DNA of 63,613 bases, the filler included, from Chiloscyllium plagiosum (Eukaryota), in NCBI RefSeq assembly GCF_004010195.1. It is 4 parts of one record of this genome, joined end to end, with 100 filler letters (N's around TTAATTAATTAA, not from the genome) between each part and the next. Parts side by side here need not be neighbours in the genome. Positions count along the whole stretch, not along the records: positions 1 to 28,900 come from NC_057717.1; 3 more parts are not named here. One strand, 5' to 3'. Below the pieces are notes generated by a model, which was not told the origin of the DNA, did not search any database, and saw only the letters and a list, made by a program, of their open reading frames with translations. Made by a program: the position numbers and the translations under genes. Of the stretch, positions 1 to 11,889 are shown piece by piece (position 1 is the stretch's first letter; each line of letters begins with the position of its first letter).

Positions 1-520
1 GCCTTAGGAGTGACCAACTCCCGGTAACTCATCTCAATTACCCCCTCAGCCTCCCGAATGATCTATAGTTTATCCATCTCCAGCTCCAATTCCCTGACAC
101 GGTTTTGAAGGAGCTGGAGTTGGGTGCACTTCCCGCAGATGTAGCCAACGAGACGTGTGCCATGTCTCCCACCTGCCACATTCTGTAGGAGGAGCAAGCA
201 ACTGCCCTTGCATCTATACCCGACTTATCTGAACACCCATTCAGTACTAAAGTAGAAAGATTAGTTCGAGATGCTATAAAATTAGTAACAAATTTATATA
301 CAATAGAGGAACTTTAGAATGAACCTTACCTTATTAAGTAGGTTAGAGGAGAAGGGCGGGTGGGAGACACTGCAGTTGTAGAGTCTCGGGTTGAGCCGCC
401 TTGCTAATATATATGGTCACTGCTTTCCTTCCCGGCTGCCCCTCTGGTCCTCGTCACTTCCTCCGCTGCTCCCGTTCCTTCTGTGAAAGAGAAAACACCG
501 CTGTCCGCTACCCATAAGTA
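1..520 (-). mobile_element. CR1-clade LINE 5' end (5'UTR plus ORF1 N-terminal zinc-finger/leucine-zipper), degenerate, truncated by window edge
   Basis: Minus-strand translation of 1-214 reads DARAVACSSYRMWQV / YICGKCTQLQLLQNRVRELELEMDKL*IIREAEGVIE, typical of a CR1 ORF1 N-terminus; it has a frameshift and a stop. Confidence 0.75.
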
Positions 521-599
521 ATTTTTTTGAAAAAACTCCCTTTCCTTAGCTGCAGTCTTTCGGGTTTGTCTTACTCCGGTGATGCTCGCACTTAATAAA

Positions 600-2370
600 A
601 AAAAATCATTAATCCTTTCTTTGAACTTATATTTAACGTGGGATTTGTCCATTTGTTTGACAAAATTAAACAAGACATTCGAAGATGGGAGGCACTTCCA
701 ATATCCTGGTGAGGTCAGATAGCTCTTATTAACATGAATTCCCTCCCTTGTTTGCTATACCCCGTGTGAATACTTTTTTGATGTTTCCCAGACAAACATT
801 TAGGAGACTAAATGGATGATGTAGCTCTTTGACTTGTCACCAAAGCGACCCCTTATCAAGTTAACCAAGTTACAACGACCCCACAGTTTATGGCGAGTAT
901 ATCTCCGGATATTAAAAGCTATCAATTAAGATCTTCTTCACCCGATGTTAATGAGGACTCGGCGTCAATATGGTTAGATATTGAAGCTTCTCAGGCAAAC
1001 TGTTCCCTTATTAGTCTGCTATTCATAGACAAAATGAGGACAATTACGAAGTATTGCCATTTCCCAATAAGTATCAATAATTTTAAAGTAGGGACGGTAA
1101 TGTGTCCGATCGAGGGCAATATAGCCAAAACTCATTTCTTACCCCAAAACTTGGTGTACCGTCTTTCCGACGGGGGATACTGGATTCCATGTTTAAACTA
1201 TGGGCAACTCGGTGGTGTATGTTGCTTTGATGGATTTATCTGAGGGAGAAACAAGGATGTCCTTTGATCAAATAAGTCATAATTATAGACTACCGCGTAG
1301 AGATCTCTTCTGTTTTCTTTTTATCAGATCAAAGATATTATTCAAAAAAGAACCACGATTTTAACAGATCCATACAGATCCGATACAGAGAAGAGGGTGC
1401 TTAGTGCTAAGAACACACTCTCTGTCAGTACCCTTTATCATTTGTTAGAGAATGGCCCCTCAGACGAGACTTCGTGCATTTCTGAGGTCTGCAAAGAGAG
1501 TTAGGGGTTCAGATCTCTTCGGACACAGGGGATGATATTTGTGAAAATGCAAGAAGTGATTTCGATCTGTAAGTAGACTCTTGCCATGTAGTTGAAGATT
1601 CTTCATAGAGTCTATCTGGCCCTAGATCCTCTCTCAAAATTCAAGATGGGAGTATGTCTTTAATACGGAATGACTATGGGCAGTCTTACTCATTGCTTGT
1701 TGACCTTCCACTGTCGCTATAGGAGCGGTGTGTTCGATGGGATGGAGAGGATCCTGGGGACTGAATTGGAGATGGATCAGTTTTCCCTTTCCTGGGCCTG
1801 CCCAGTCTACCTTACTCAGATCTGCAAAGGAAATAAATACTTCAATACCCTCACTCTCTGTGTTCATAAAAAATGTTCTGTTGTGTTGGGTGTCTGAAAA
1901 CCCCCTGGGTCTGTTGGGTTGTCATAACCTCGTCATGGAGCACAGCCCTTTGGACTTTTGTAAAGGTATGTTGCGCCAGAAAATAGAGGACTTTTATAAG
2001 ACATGGCAGCCCTTTTTGAATTACCAAGGTACAGGCTGACCTGCCACTCCAGTAAGGACTTTTATATAACTATGACGAACTTGACTAATGAATCTAATGT
2101 CCAGAGAGGAAGACTTACGAACAAATGAACGTGTGTCACTTAACGCTCTTGAAGGTTGAGAGCTTTAGTTTTGTTACACTGATATCTACTATTCGTTTTT
2201 TTATTTTTTTTTTATTTTTCTTCGGTCCATTGATTTACCTTTTCTTATGTACATGCACATGGGTGTAATTGTGTTCAATTTGTATTGTTTTTTGAGTTTG
2301 GTACTTATTGGTTCATTGAAGCATTAAAAAGATTTTCGCTGAATAAAAATATTTTCGAAAAAATTAAAAT
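600..2370 (+). mobile_element. L1-clade LINE 3' fragment (ORF2 C-terminal region, T-rich 3'UTR, A-rich tail)
   Basis: Fragmented peptides LKILHRVYLA, GSLTHCLLTFHC (C-terminal Zn-knuckle remnant) and KIEDFYKTWQPFLNY; AATAAA at 2342 followed by an A-rich tail. Confidence 0.75.
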
Positions 2371-4479
2371 GTTAACATGGATAGAATAGAGTCCCAAAGG
2401 ACCACTTTCTCATTAGTGAGACCACAAATTATGGTTTATCTTTCGGGTCATCACACCTCGGGTGACAGGATGATGTTGAGAGAGCGTCCCCTTCGTGGCA
2501 ACCTCTGTCTGTGTGGGGAATTGAACCTGCGCTGTTGGCCTTCCTCCGCATCACAAGCCAGCCATCCAGCGAGCAGATTGCGAGACTATGTAACTCCAAT
2601 AGATAGAAATAACCAAAGTCAAAGTAAAGTATAAAATGTGATAAGAAGGAAAAAAGGTACTATTCAAATACACGTCAAGATAATGGCTGAGGGGGAAACA
2701 AATTCCGCTGGAAATTGTATTTTATAATGAGACAGTTGATTGAATGATATCCTTAGTTGAATATAATAAGGTGACCCAAGCGAAATAACCAGAATTACGA
2801 ATTGTGATTAGATATCAATAACTATAAAATATGAGTACATTATTGTTTGGTCTGTGTGAAGCATGCTAACCATTGTATGAATGTAAAAAGCTGATGGAAC
2901 ATATTTTTGGAGGGTTGGTACCCATGGAAAATGCCTCCCGAACACATGCTTGAAGAAACCCAGGGTAGAAAGTGCGTGAGTGTCGTTTGGTTAGTGACAT
3001 GAAACCAGGGGGCTGAATGATTGAAAGTTCCTGCAACGTGAAGCTCAGGAGACAGTCAGATCACCCCCGAACTTATTAAATGGTACAGCACATTTGAAGG
3101 GCTGAATGGACTCATTATGGATTTTAATTGCATATTATTTTTAAAAAACACACTCTGTTCCTTCACCTAATGTTTTACACACTGGGGCACTGCCATTTTC
3201 CTGAAACTGGGAATTATTTGGAATATTATCTGGAACATTCCATAATCAGCATTCTCCGGAGCAACGTACAATCTGTCGGGATATTAAAAGGGCAAGATAC
3301 ACAGAGGGAGGGAGGGGGCGCTGCATGCAGGAGTGAGAGTGGTGGAGCATGAGCTTTGTTCGGGTGTCGGTGCTGGAACAGACATACATTGGGTTTGAGA
3401 GACCAGAGAGCATACGATGACCCTTATCCTCGCAGAGTGGGGAATGTTATCGATGTTTGTCCTGTATTGCTGGACATTGCTACAGATCGCAGATACTGCA
3501 CTGAGCTGGGTGGTGAGCTCAGATCATGCTCGGTGGGTCTGGTGGTGTGGCCCACTCTGGGAAGAGATGTACTCACCCATTCACTAGGATATCTGTTGAC
3601 AAACCGTGGTGTAATTGATCCTTATCTGCTATCCTCTGGGTAAACTGTACATGGCAGCTCCAACCTCAGGAAAGGTCAATCGAGTGTCCATTGTCCTTTT
3701 GAAGATGGCAACAATGTCAGGGATAATAGAATATCCAGCGGCATCCGGACGATGGTGGGTACCTTCAGCCAAGATGCGTGGGAGAATCGGTCTATCATTG
3801 CATGAGAGGGACACCATGGGGTACGGTGGGTAGTTAATGAGGTGAGTTCGATAAGATAGCACCAGGAAACTAGCTAGGCCTCGATGCAGACAATCCCCCT
3901 GTCACACTCAATGAAAATCACTCAAAGATAAATTATTGTTAGATTCAGACGGATGAGTTGAAGACTCTGCTGACCCCATTCACATTTACAGAGCTGCAGA
4001 ACAAATCCTCATCAAAAACGCTCCATCATTTGAATTCACACCTATATTCTGTTCAATGCACGGAGACAGGCCCTTCAGCCAAAACTGGTCCATACCAACC
4101 AAAATGTCCGTCCACATTAACCCCAATTCCCTGCACTCGGCCCATATCCTTCTCTGCCTTTCCAATTCATATATTGTTCGAACAAAGTGCAGCGAGGTTT
4201 TGTGACAACAAGGAAGGCCTCAGGTAAGATCTCGCTGAATCTACCATTCATCTTAACCCAGCAATCAAATTACACAGAAACAATTTGACTGGAGGTTATA
4301 AACAAAAAGTACAAGCAAATGCTTGTGGGAGATGTGTATGGAAGTCAATACTGTAGGGAAAGATGTGTATGTTCAAAACAGGAAATTAGATATACAAGCA
4401 CTTGCAGGCAACACTCAACAGGTCTGGTACCATTTGAAGGAAGAAAGTCGAAAGTTTAGCCCTCGAATAGCACAGCTCG

Positions 4480-4542
4480 TCAGAGCGCATCCGAGGAGCA
4501 GGAGAGTCTATGTTTCGGTCATAAGCCCTTCATCAGGAATTC
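4480..4542 (-). mobile_element. Short Penelope-like terminal-repeat fragment with hammerhead-like motif
   Basis: Reverse complement attcCTGATGAagggcttatgaccGAAAcatagactctcctgctcc; same family as 7951, 9301 and 38020. Confidence 0.6.
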
Positions 4543-4949
4543 ATTTCAGAATTCATTTTTTTCCTAATCCTCTGTAGGAAGAGAGTGAGTCAACATTTTT
4601 AATTTGGGGATTCTTCATTAGAACAGCTTTTGTTTTCGATCTGCAGTATATGCAGCTCTTTGTTTTATTTTAGATCATCAATTATCTTGCATGCTGCAGT
4701 ATTAATGGACAACTTGATCTGGGAAGAAGAGGAAGGGGTGAGGGCAGAAGAACAGGTAATGTGTCAGTCACAGCTTAAGGCCCTGTCATTCAGAACGTGA
4801 ATCCTGGGGTGAAGGTAAAGGAGGGCTTGTCGGAAGCACCGCATTGGAATTCAACATCATTTGCACAGATGTGACAGATCCAGAGTCACCCTTTGGGTGT
4901 TTGGTTATCCTCTCACAGCCCAAAATGTCCAGATTAGATTCAGTGACCT

Positions 4950-5125
4950 CACTAAATTGTTCTGCAGTAACTAGGGATGTGCAGGTTTGGTGGATTGTCT
5001 ATGGGAAATGTAGAGTTATCGGGGTAACGTTTGGGTTTGTTTTTCGGGATGTTATCTAGAGGGCCAGTGTGGACTCGGTGGGCCAAATGGCCTGGTTCCA
5101 CACTGCAGGGCTTCTATAATTTCTA
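4950..5125 (+). mobile_element. HE1-type SINE / CR1-tail 3' fragment
   Basis: gtgtggactcggtgggccaaatggcctggttccacactgcaggg matches the 3' ends of the SINE copies at 19990-20030 and 54285-54330. Confidence 0.6.
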
Positions 5126-5229
5126 TGTAGCTGTCTGTGTTTGAAAACCCTGCTGAGGATCCTACCTATAAGTGATGACATAATTTGCCTCAACAAAATG
5201 TTACACCTTTCGTTTGTCTAACATGAACT

Positions 5230-7225
5230 CCATCAGCCACTCTTCGGCCCTTTAGCATATATGATCAGTGTCCCGTTTTACTCTGAGTAAACCATCTTCA
5301 CTGTCCACTACCTCACCATTTTTGGTGTTATCTGCAAACTCACTAACCATTCCTATTATATTCACATCCAAATCATTTATATAAAATGACAAAATCCATT
5401 CGATTCTTGTGGTACACTGCTGGTCACAGGCCTCCAGTCCAAAAAAAAATAACAGTTCACAAACATTTCCTTCGTCTATTACCTTCGAGCCAATTACCCC
5501 CAACTCTCCCTGCATTCCATGTGATCTCACCATGCTAACCAGTTTACCATGCAGAACCTTTTTGAATGCCTTACTAAAGTCTATATTCTATCCCACAGTT
5601 CTATTTCTGTGCCTTCGTCAATCTTATTTGTCACTTCTTCAAAACGCGAAATCAAATTAGTGGGACGCGATTTCCACAAACAAAGTCATGTTGAATATCG
5701 CTAATCGGAATTTACATTTCCAAACACAAGTAAATACTGTCCCTCAGAATCCCCTCCAACAACTTACCCACCAATGACATCAGTCCCTCTTGTCTACAGT
5801 TTCCTGACTTTTCCTTACCAACTGCTCTTAAACAATGGCATAACCTTACCTGTGACTGTCCATGATACGAATATCTCAGCCAGAGACTTCCTTAACAATT
5901 ACTTCCTTAGCTTCCCAACAGATTTGGGGTACATCTGATGAGTTCATGGATCATAGAACAGTGCAGCACAGTACAGGCCCTTGAGCTGTTGATGTTGTGC
6001 TGGCAGTTTATCCTACTCGAAGGTCAGACTAACCTTCATGCTCTTCGTTGTACTAAAATCCATGTGACTAACCAAGAGTCACTTAAAAGGTCAGAGGGGG
6101 TTATCCACCTTAATGCATTTTAAAATATCCAGCTCCTCATCTTCTGTAATGTGGAATTTTCAAGATATCACTATTCATTTCCCCAAGTTCTCTATCTTCC
6201 ATATCCTACTCCACAGTAAATACTGATGCAAAATCTTTATTTAGTATCTCACCGATCTACCCTCAGATTCCCCTCCAACAACTTACCCACCAATGACATC
6301 AGTCCCTCTTGTCTACAGTTTCCTGACTTTTCCTTACCAACTGCTCTTAAACAATGGCATAACCTTACCTGTGACTGTCCATGATACGAATATCTCAGCC
6401 AGAGACTGAACAATTACTTCCTTAGCTTCCCAACAGATCTGGGGTACATCTGATGAGTTCATGGATCATAGAACAGTGCAGCACAGTACAGGCCCTTGAG
6501 CTGTTGATGTTGTGCCGGCAGTTTATCCTACCCGAAGGTCAGACTAACCTTCATGCTCTTCATTGTACTAAAATCCATGTGACTAACCAAGAGTAACTTA
6601 AAAGGTCAGAGGGGGTTATCCACCTTAATGCATTTTAAAATATCCAGCTCCTCATCTTCTGTAATGTGGAATTTTCAAGATATCACTATTCATTTCCCCA
6701 AGTTCTCTACCTTCCATATCCTACTCCACAGTAAATACTGATGCAAAATCTTTATTTAGTATCTCACCGATCTACTGTTGTTCCACACAGAGGTCACTTT
6801 GCTGATCTTTAAAGGGCCCTGCTCTCTCCAGAGTTACTCTTTTGACGTTAATGTATATGTAGAATCTCTTTGGAATGTCCCTTACCCTATTTTCGAAAGT
6901 TATCTTATGTCCCCATTTTGCCCTCCTGATTTCCCTCTTGGGTATTATCCTACAGCCCTGGTACACCACGATGGATTCACTTGATCTCTACTGTCTGTAC
7001 CTATCATATGCTTCCTTTCTTGAACAGAGCCTTAATTCTGCTCGCCATTCAGCATTCTCTACACCTACAAGCCTTACCTTGCTCTTAGACAGGAACATGC
7101 TGTTGCTAGACACTGTAACTCACTTATGAAGGCCTCCCACTTTCCCGCCAATAGCTTCTCCAGAGCAGCTTTTCAAAGTGCCAACATAAAACGTTTAATG
7201 ATGGCCTCACTCAACTTAAAACATT
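5230..7225 (-). mobile_element. CR1-clade LINE ORF2 (RT) fragment, degenerate, with internal tandem duplication
   Basis: YINDLDVNIIGMVSEFADNTK (RT FADD-type motif); KREIRRAKWGH...PKRFYIYINVKRVT...GPFKDQ. Confidence 0.85.
5741..6775. repeat. ~520-bp near-perfect tandem duplication
   Basis: ccctcaga(a/t)tcccctccaacaacttaccc... starts at 5741 and again at 6260; both copies end in atctcaccgatcta. Confidence 0.9.
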
Positions 7226-7938
7226 AAAATTATATTTGGACTATTCTTCTCCATATGGATTTTACAACTGATAGTTCCTGCATAACAGGCTCAAGAAGCA
7301 GAATGGCCTCCTCCTCCTGTCCCTCTGTAACAGACTTGAGAGGCTGAATGGCCTCCCGGTGTCCCTTTGCAACAGGGGCATGGGGACAGAATAACTTCCT
7401 CCTCTTCCTGTGCTGCAATCTCGATACTCTGAATAATGTCCCAAGGTTATGGAAGAATTTGACAACAGTGCACATAAAACCAGAAGCAACATTACACAAA
7501 GTAAATGGACAATTGGCTCTGGTTTATTGGCTCTGGAAATTACCCCACCAGTCACCTTATGCATCGGGTCTGTTACTTTTTCACTGTCGCCCTTTATAAA
7601 CAGTATGTAATATACACCGTCCTGCAGTTTTCTGGCACTACTCCCACATACAAAAGGAGCAATAAGAATATTGAAAAATTTATGGTCCATCCCTATGCAA
7701 TGCCCATCCATTCCACCCACACCGAGTAAATGTTCCCTTTTATTGGGATGTGAAAAGTGATGTCAGGAAGGCGTAAACTGGACCTGTTTGTTCAGTGACT
7801 GTGATTAATCTTAGTCTCCATGGGTTGCAATTACCCCACTGGACGGTTTCCATCTTTTAATGATAAGTGGGCTCCGTTCAATGTGTTATCCCACAGTATG
7901 GTGGGAGAATCACCAACAGTGTTAATAGGAATCAGCAG

Positions 7939-8045
7939 GTGGTACTCCAGGTTCCTGAAGAAGGGCTTATGCCCGAAACGTCGATTCTCCTGCTCCTTTG
8001 TTGCTGCCTGTTATGCTGCGCTTTTCCAGCAACACATTTTTCAGC
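7939..8045 (+). mobile_element. Short Penelope-derived insertion with hammerhead-like motif, flanked by a 12-bp direct repeat
   Basis: CTGAAGA-agggc-ttat-gccc-GAAAC-GTC at 7955-7982; aggaatcagcag at 7927-7938 and 8046-8057. Confidence 0.7.
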
Positions 8046-8118
8046 AGGAATCAGCAGCTCCAGAGAGACAGGGGGGAGAGATCAGAGTCTGAGCACAAGC
8101 GTCTGGAATGTTTCAACA

Positions 8119-8337
8119 ATGAATCAGAATCTGAGAACATTAAACTGGAATGTAACAGCAATGGATCACAATCTGAGAACATTAGACTGGAATGTCCCAA
8201 GAATGGACAGGAGTTTAAACTGGGATGGTTTCTTTCTACATATTATGTTCGAAGGTCAATATCGTGGCGGATCAAATATGTACTTTACATTATACAATAT
8301 TTTTATTCTCCAATCCTGGCTTTTGTTGGTGTTACTG
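8119..8337 (+). pseudogene. First coding exon of a GPR139-like GPCR (N-terminal repeats plus start of TM1), frameshifted
   Basis: MNQNLRTLNWNVTAMDHNLRTLDWNVPRMDRSLNWD, then after a frameshift near 8230 WRIKYVLYIIQYFYSPILAFVGVT-G|gtaagt. This phase-1 donor matches the phase of the GPR139-like exon-2 acceptor at 61605. Confidence 0.7.
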
Positions 8338-9039
8338 GTAAGTCTCACTGTTCAGTCGTTAATACTATAAATCATGTTTGACAGTAATACTGATCTTTCA
8401 TTCACTCTACCCTCCTTGCCACTGCTATTGTTCCTGCTAAGATTCTAAATCCAGATATTCACTTGACAAAGCAATACTAAATTGTTAATTCACTCTCTCC
8501 CTCCTTGCTTCTGGCAGTGTTACTCGTGGGTTGCTATGTTGACTTGCTCGTTACAACTGTGAACCATGTTCCGTTGTACCACTGCACTTGCTATCTAAAT
8601 ATTGAAAGCATTGAGGTCACTATCTTCTGTTCTGGTTACAAACTGCATTTTCTTCCTCTGACTCCATCTCATCCCCGGCCAATATCTGAAGCTGAAATAG
8701 ACGAATGACCACAGTGGTGATCCCTTTGGCCATGAACTAATTCCTGACTCTATACCCTGAGCATTCCTAATTATAACTACTGATAAATCCAGCATATACT
8801 CCACTGGCACATCCCATCTGTTATTTGAACCCTGAGCTGTAAAATACAGTCTTAATGATGGCATTCGTCTGTTGCTGACACTCACAGCTGCAAACCTGCA
8901 GAAACAACTCTGAGTCAATACAGTCAATACTCCATAGCTCATATCTGATATCACACTGATCTCCGCATCCATCCACCATTCCTGTGCGTACTGATCTACA
9001 ATGCTATTAGGTCCGGCAATGCCCTTACTTTAATATTCA

Positions 9040-9395
9040 CAAGCACATCACTATCAGCTGGCCATGAACTACAGTTTCCTCATTTCCTCTTCCACCACCT
9101 CACCCCAGTTCCAAACTACCAGTTCAGCAGTGTCGCCATGACCTGTCCTACCTGCCTATCTTCTTTTCCACCTATCCACTCCACACACACCCCGATCTAT
9201 CACCTTCGTCCCCTCCCCCACTCACCTATTGTACTCTATGCTACTTTCTCCCCACCCCCAGCCTCCTCTCACTTACCTCTCCACCCTTCAGGCTCTCCTG
9301 CATTCCTGATGAAGGGTTTTTGCCGAAACGTCGATTTTACTGATCCTCGGATGCTGCCTGAACTGCTGTGCTCTTCCAGCACCACTAATCCAGAT
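9040..9395 (+). mobile_element. Penelope-like element 3' end with hammerhead-like motif
   Basis: C/T-rich 3' region homologous to 57205-57450 (reverse), ending in cattcCTGATGAagggtttttgccGAAACGTCgatttt. Confidence 0.7.
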
Positions 9396-9699
9396 CTATT
9401 TCTTTCTGTCAATTATACCAAGCCCTAACAGTTGTTCATATTTAAACTGATTTCCTACATGTGTGCTCTCTCTTAGACAATGACTTTCACATATAACACT
9501 GCCCCAGACCCACACACACATGCACACATATAACCCCTTACCTTGAGCTGATGCATGAAGATACAGAGACATTAATTTGTGGGAGCCCATTTACTGTCAC
9601 TCGCAGTATAGGCGGCAAATTGTCCCGTGTTAGGCAGTTACATAGTGCAAATGTAGCAGCAATGTTCCAGCAAAGTTTTGCAATACTGCCATGCCGGGC

Positions 9700-10540
9700 A
9701 GCTTGTCCAGCTTACTGAGCAATACACTCGCTTGGTCTGCACAGCTCCCGATACTGGCCAGATAGTCCATCTTACCGAGCAATACACTAGCATAGTCTGC
9801 ACAGCCCCCCAAGTTGGGTAGATAGTCCAGTTTACTGAGCAATACACTGGGATAGTCTGTATAGCTCCCATGCTGTGCAGATTGTCCAGTTTATTGAGCA
9901 ATGCACTGGCATAGACTGAACAGCACCCCAAGCTGGGAAGATAGTCCAGCGAACTGACCAATACACTGGGATAGTCTGCACCGCTCCCCATGCTGAGCAG
10001 ATAGTCCAGTTTCCTGAGCAATACACTGGCATAGTCTGCACAGCTCCCCACGCTGGGAAGATAATCCAGCGAACTGAGCAAAACACTGGGACAGTCTGCA
10101 CAGCTCTCCATACTGGGCAGATAGTCCGGTTTAGTGAGCAATAAACTGGGACAGTCTGCACAGCTCTCCATGCTGGCCAGAGAGTCCAGCAAACTGATCA
10201 AAACACTGGGATAGTCTGCACAGCTCCCCATGCTGGGCAGATAGTCCGGTTAACTGAGCAATCAACTGGCATATTCTGGATTAGTTGTGCTGGAAGAGCT
10301 CAGCAGTTCAGGCAGCATCCTAGGAACAGTAAAATTGACGTTTCAGGCAAAAGTCCAAAACGTCGATTTTACTGCTCCTCAGGTGCTGCCTGAACTGCTG
10401 TGCTCTTCCAGCACCACTAATCCAGAATCTGGTTTCCAGCATCTGCAGTCATTGTTTTTACCTAATACACTAGCATAGTCTGCACAGCTCTCCATGCTGG
10501 CCCGATAGTCAGATTTACTGAGCAATACACTGGCATATGT
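9700..10540. repeat. 60-bp-unit minisatellite (~10-11 units), interrupted by a palindromic insertion
   Basis: Unit ~aatacactgg(g/c)atagtctgcacagctccccatgctgggcagatagtccagtttactgagc recurs at a 60-nt period; one unit is 59 nt (9841). Confidence 0.9.
10277..10462. mobile_element. Fold-back (inverted-repeat) Penelope-derived short element
   Basis: ctggattagttgtgctggaagagctcagcagttcaggcagcatcc... is the reverse complement of ...gtgctgcctgaactgctgtgctcttccagcaccactaatccag; centre ~10350. Confidence 0.75.
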
Positions 10541-11889
10541 TGCGCTGGGTTGTCTACTTGTCCCAGATCATAGTTTATGCGTTTGTTCTGTGAGGCAAAT
10601 TCAGAATTCAGTGGAACATATTTTGTCAGCTGATCTGGCAATGCCTTCATTCAATGTTCTCATTCTTGTGACCTGAGCCGCCAAGGTCTCACTGCTCCAG
10701 ATATACCCACTCCCTTGTTTTTATTCTCATATTTCAACAACATGCTCTGTTTCAGTCTTAATTGTCCGTTTCTATCTTTAATGTAAATGTCACTGTCCAC
10801 CTTTATCTTTCCCTGACCTTGGTTTTTGGTTGTGTATTGTATCGAATACTGGCATTTTGAAGTTCAGAAATAATGTAATGGAGTGTGTCAGGCTATTGTT
10901 CACTTTCCACTGTGCCCCATTTGTTACTCCTTGGACAGGGGAGTGTGTTCTGGTCTGTTGTTCACTTCCTGGTGTTTCCCTTGAGGTGCTTCATGAAGAG
11001 GTGCGTGTGTGTGTGTGTGTGTAGGGCAGCTGTTCCCTTCCCGGTATATCCCACATCGTGCTCCATGTTGGACTGCGGTGTGTGTGCTGGGCTGTTGTTC
11101 ACTTGTTGGTGTGTCCTAAGTTGTGATCCATGTTGGACAGGGAGTTTCAGCATATTTGATTCATGTCTTTAAAACTTGGTCTGTGCATGTCCACTGAAAG
11201 TCTGTGTTTGCCCCTCTCAGCTGATCATGTGGTCAGAAACACGAGGAGGACCCTGAAGTATAATTATAAAGGAGTAGATATCTCACTTTTAATGGAGGGA
11301 AACCTGTTTTTCTCCTGTTATTGAAAAGTTAGTGGAGGGGCTGGGGATGGTTTGCTGGAGGTTGTTCTGTGAAATGCCGTAGACATTCAGGGAGACCAGA
11401 GGATTTGGTGACCCAACTCTGGATGGAGCATGTGGTCTGTAGTTACATAATCTGGTTCTGTAACATGAACAACAATTGGAGCAGAGGCTGCAGAGTATGG
11501 AAGCTCTGAAACCACGGACTGGGTGTGTGTGGGGGAAGGGATCTGCCAAAACTGTCTGTGTCTTATCGTGAGCACAGGCTGTCACTCTCATCCTTAAACA
11601 TACAAACACACACTCTCTTTCTCACACAAACATACACATCCTCTCTCTCTCACTCGCACGCCACCCGCACCCCCCTGCCCCCTAACACACACACACTCCG
11701 CATCTCTCGCACAGACACACATATAAATCTGGGAGGCTAATTTGCGTTTGCAGATTTATATTTGTGAATAGATTGTATTTTGTTCAAAACAACATTCAAT
11801 TTGTACGCAGCCAATCATTGTGGCATTTTATAAAGTCCTGTTTTGGAAATAAAACCAGGATGACTCCAGGGTATAACAAGTCGGACTCC

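Noticed and set aside
7230..7730. Overlapping ORFs up to 152 aa
   Set aside because: No family motif or splice structure recognised
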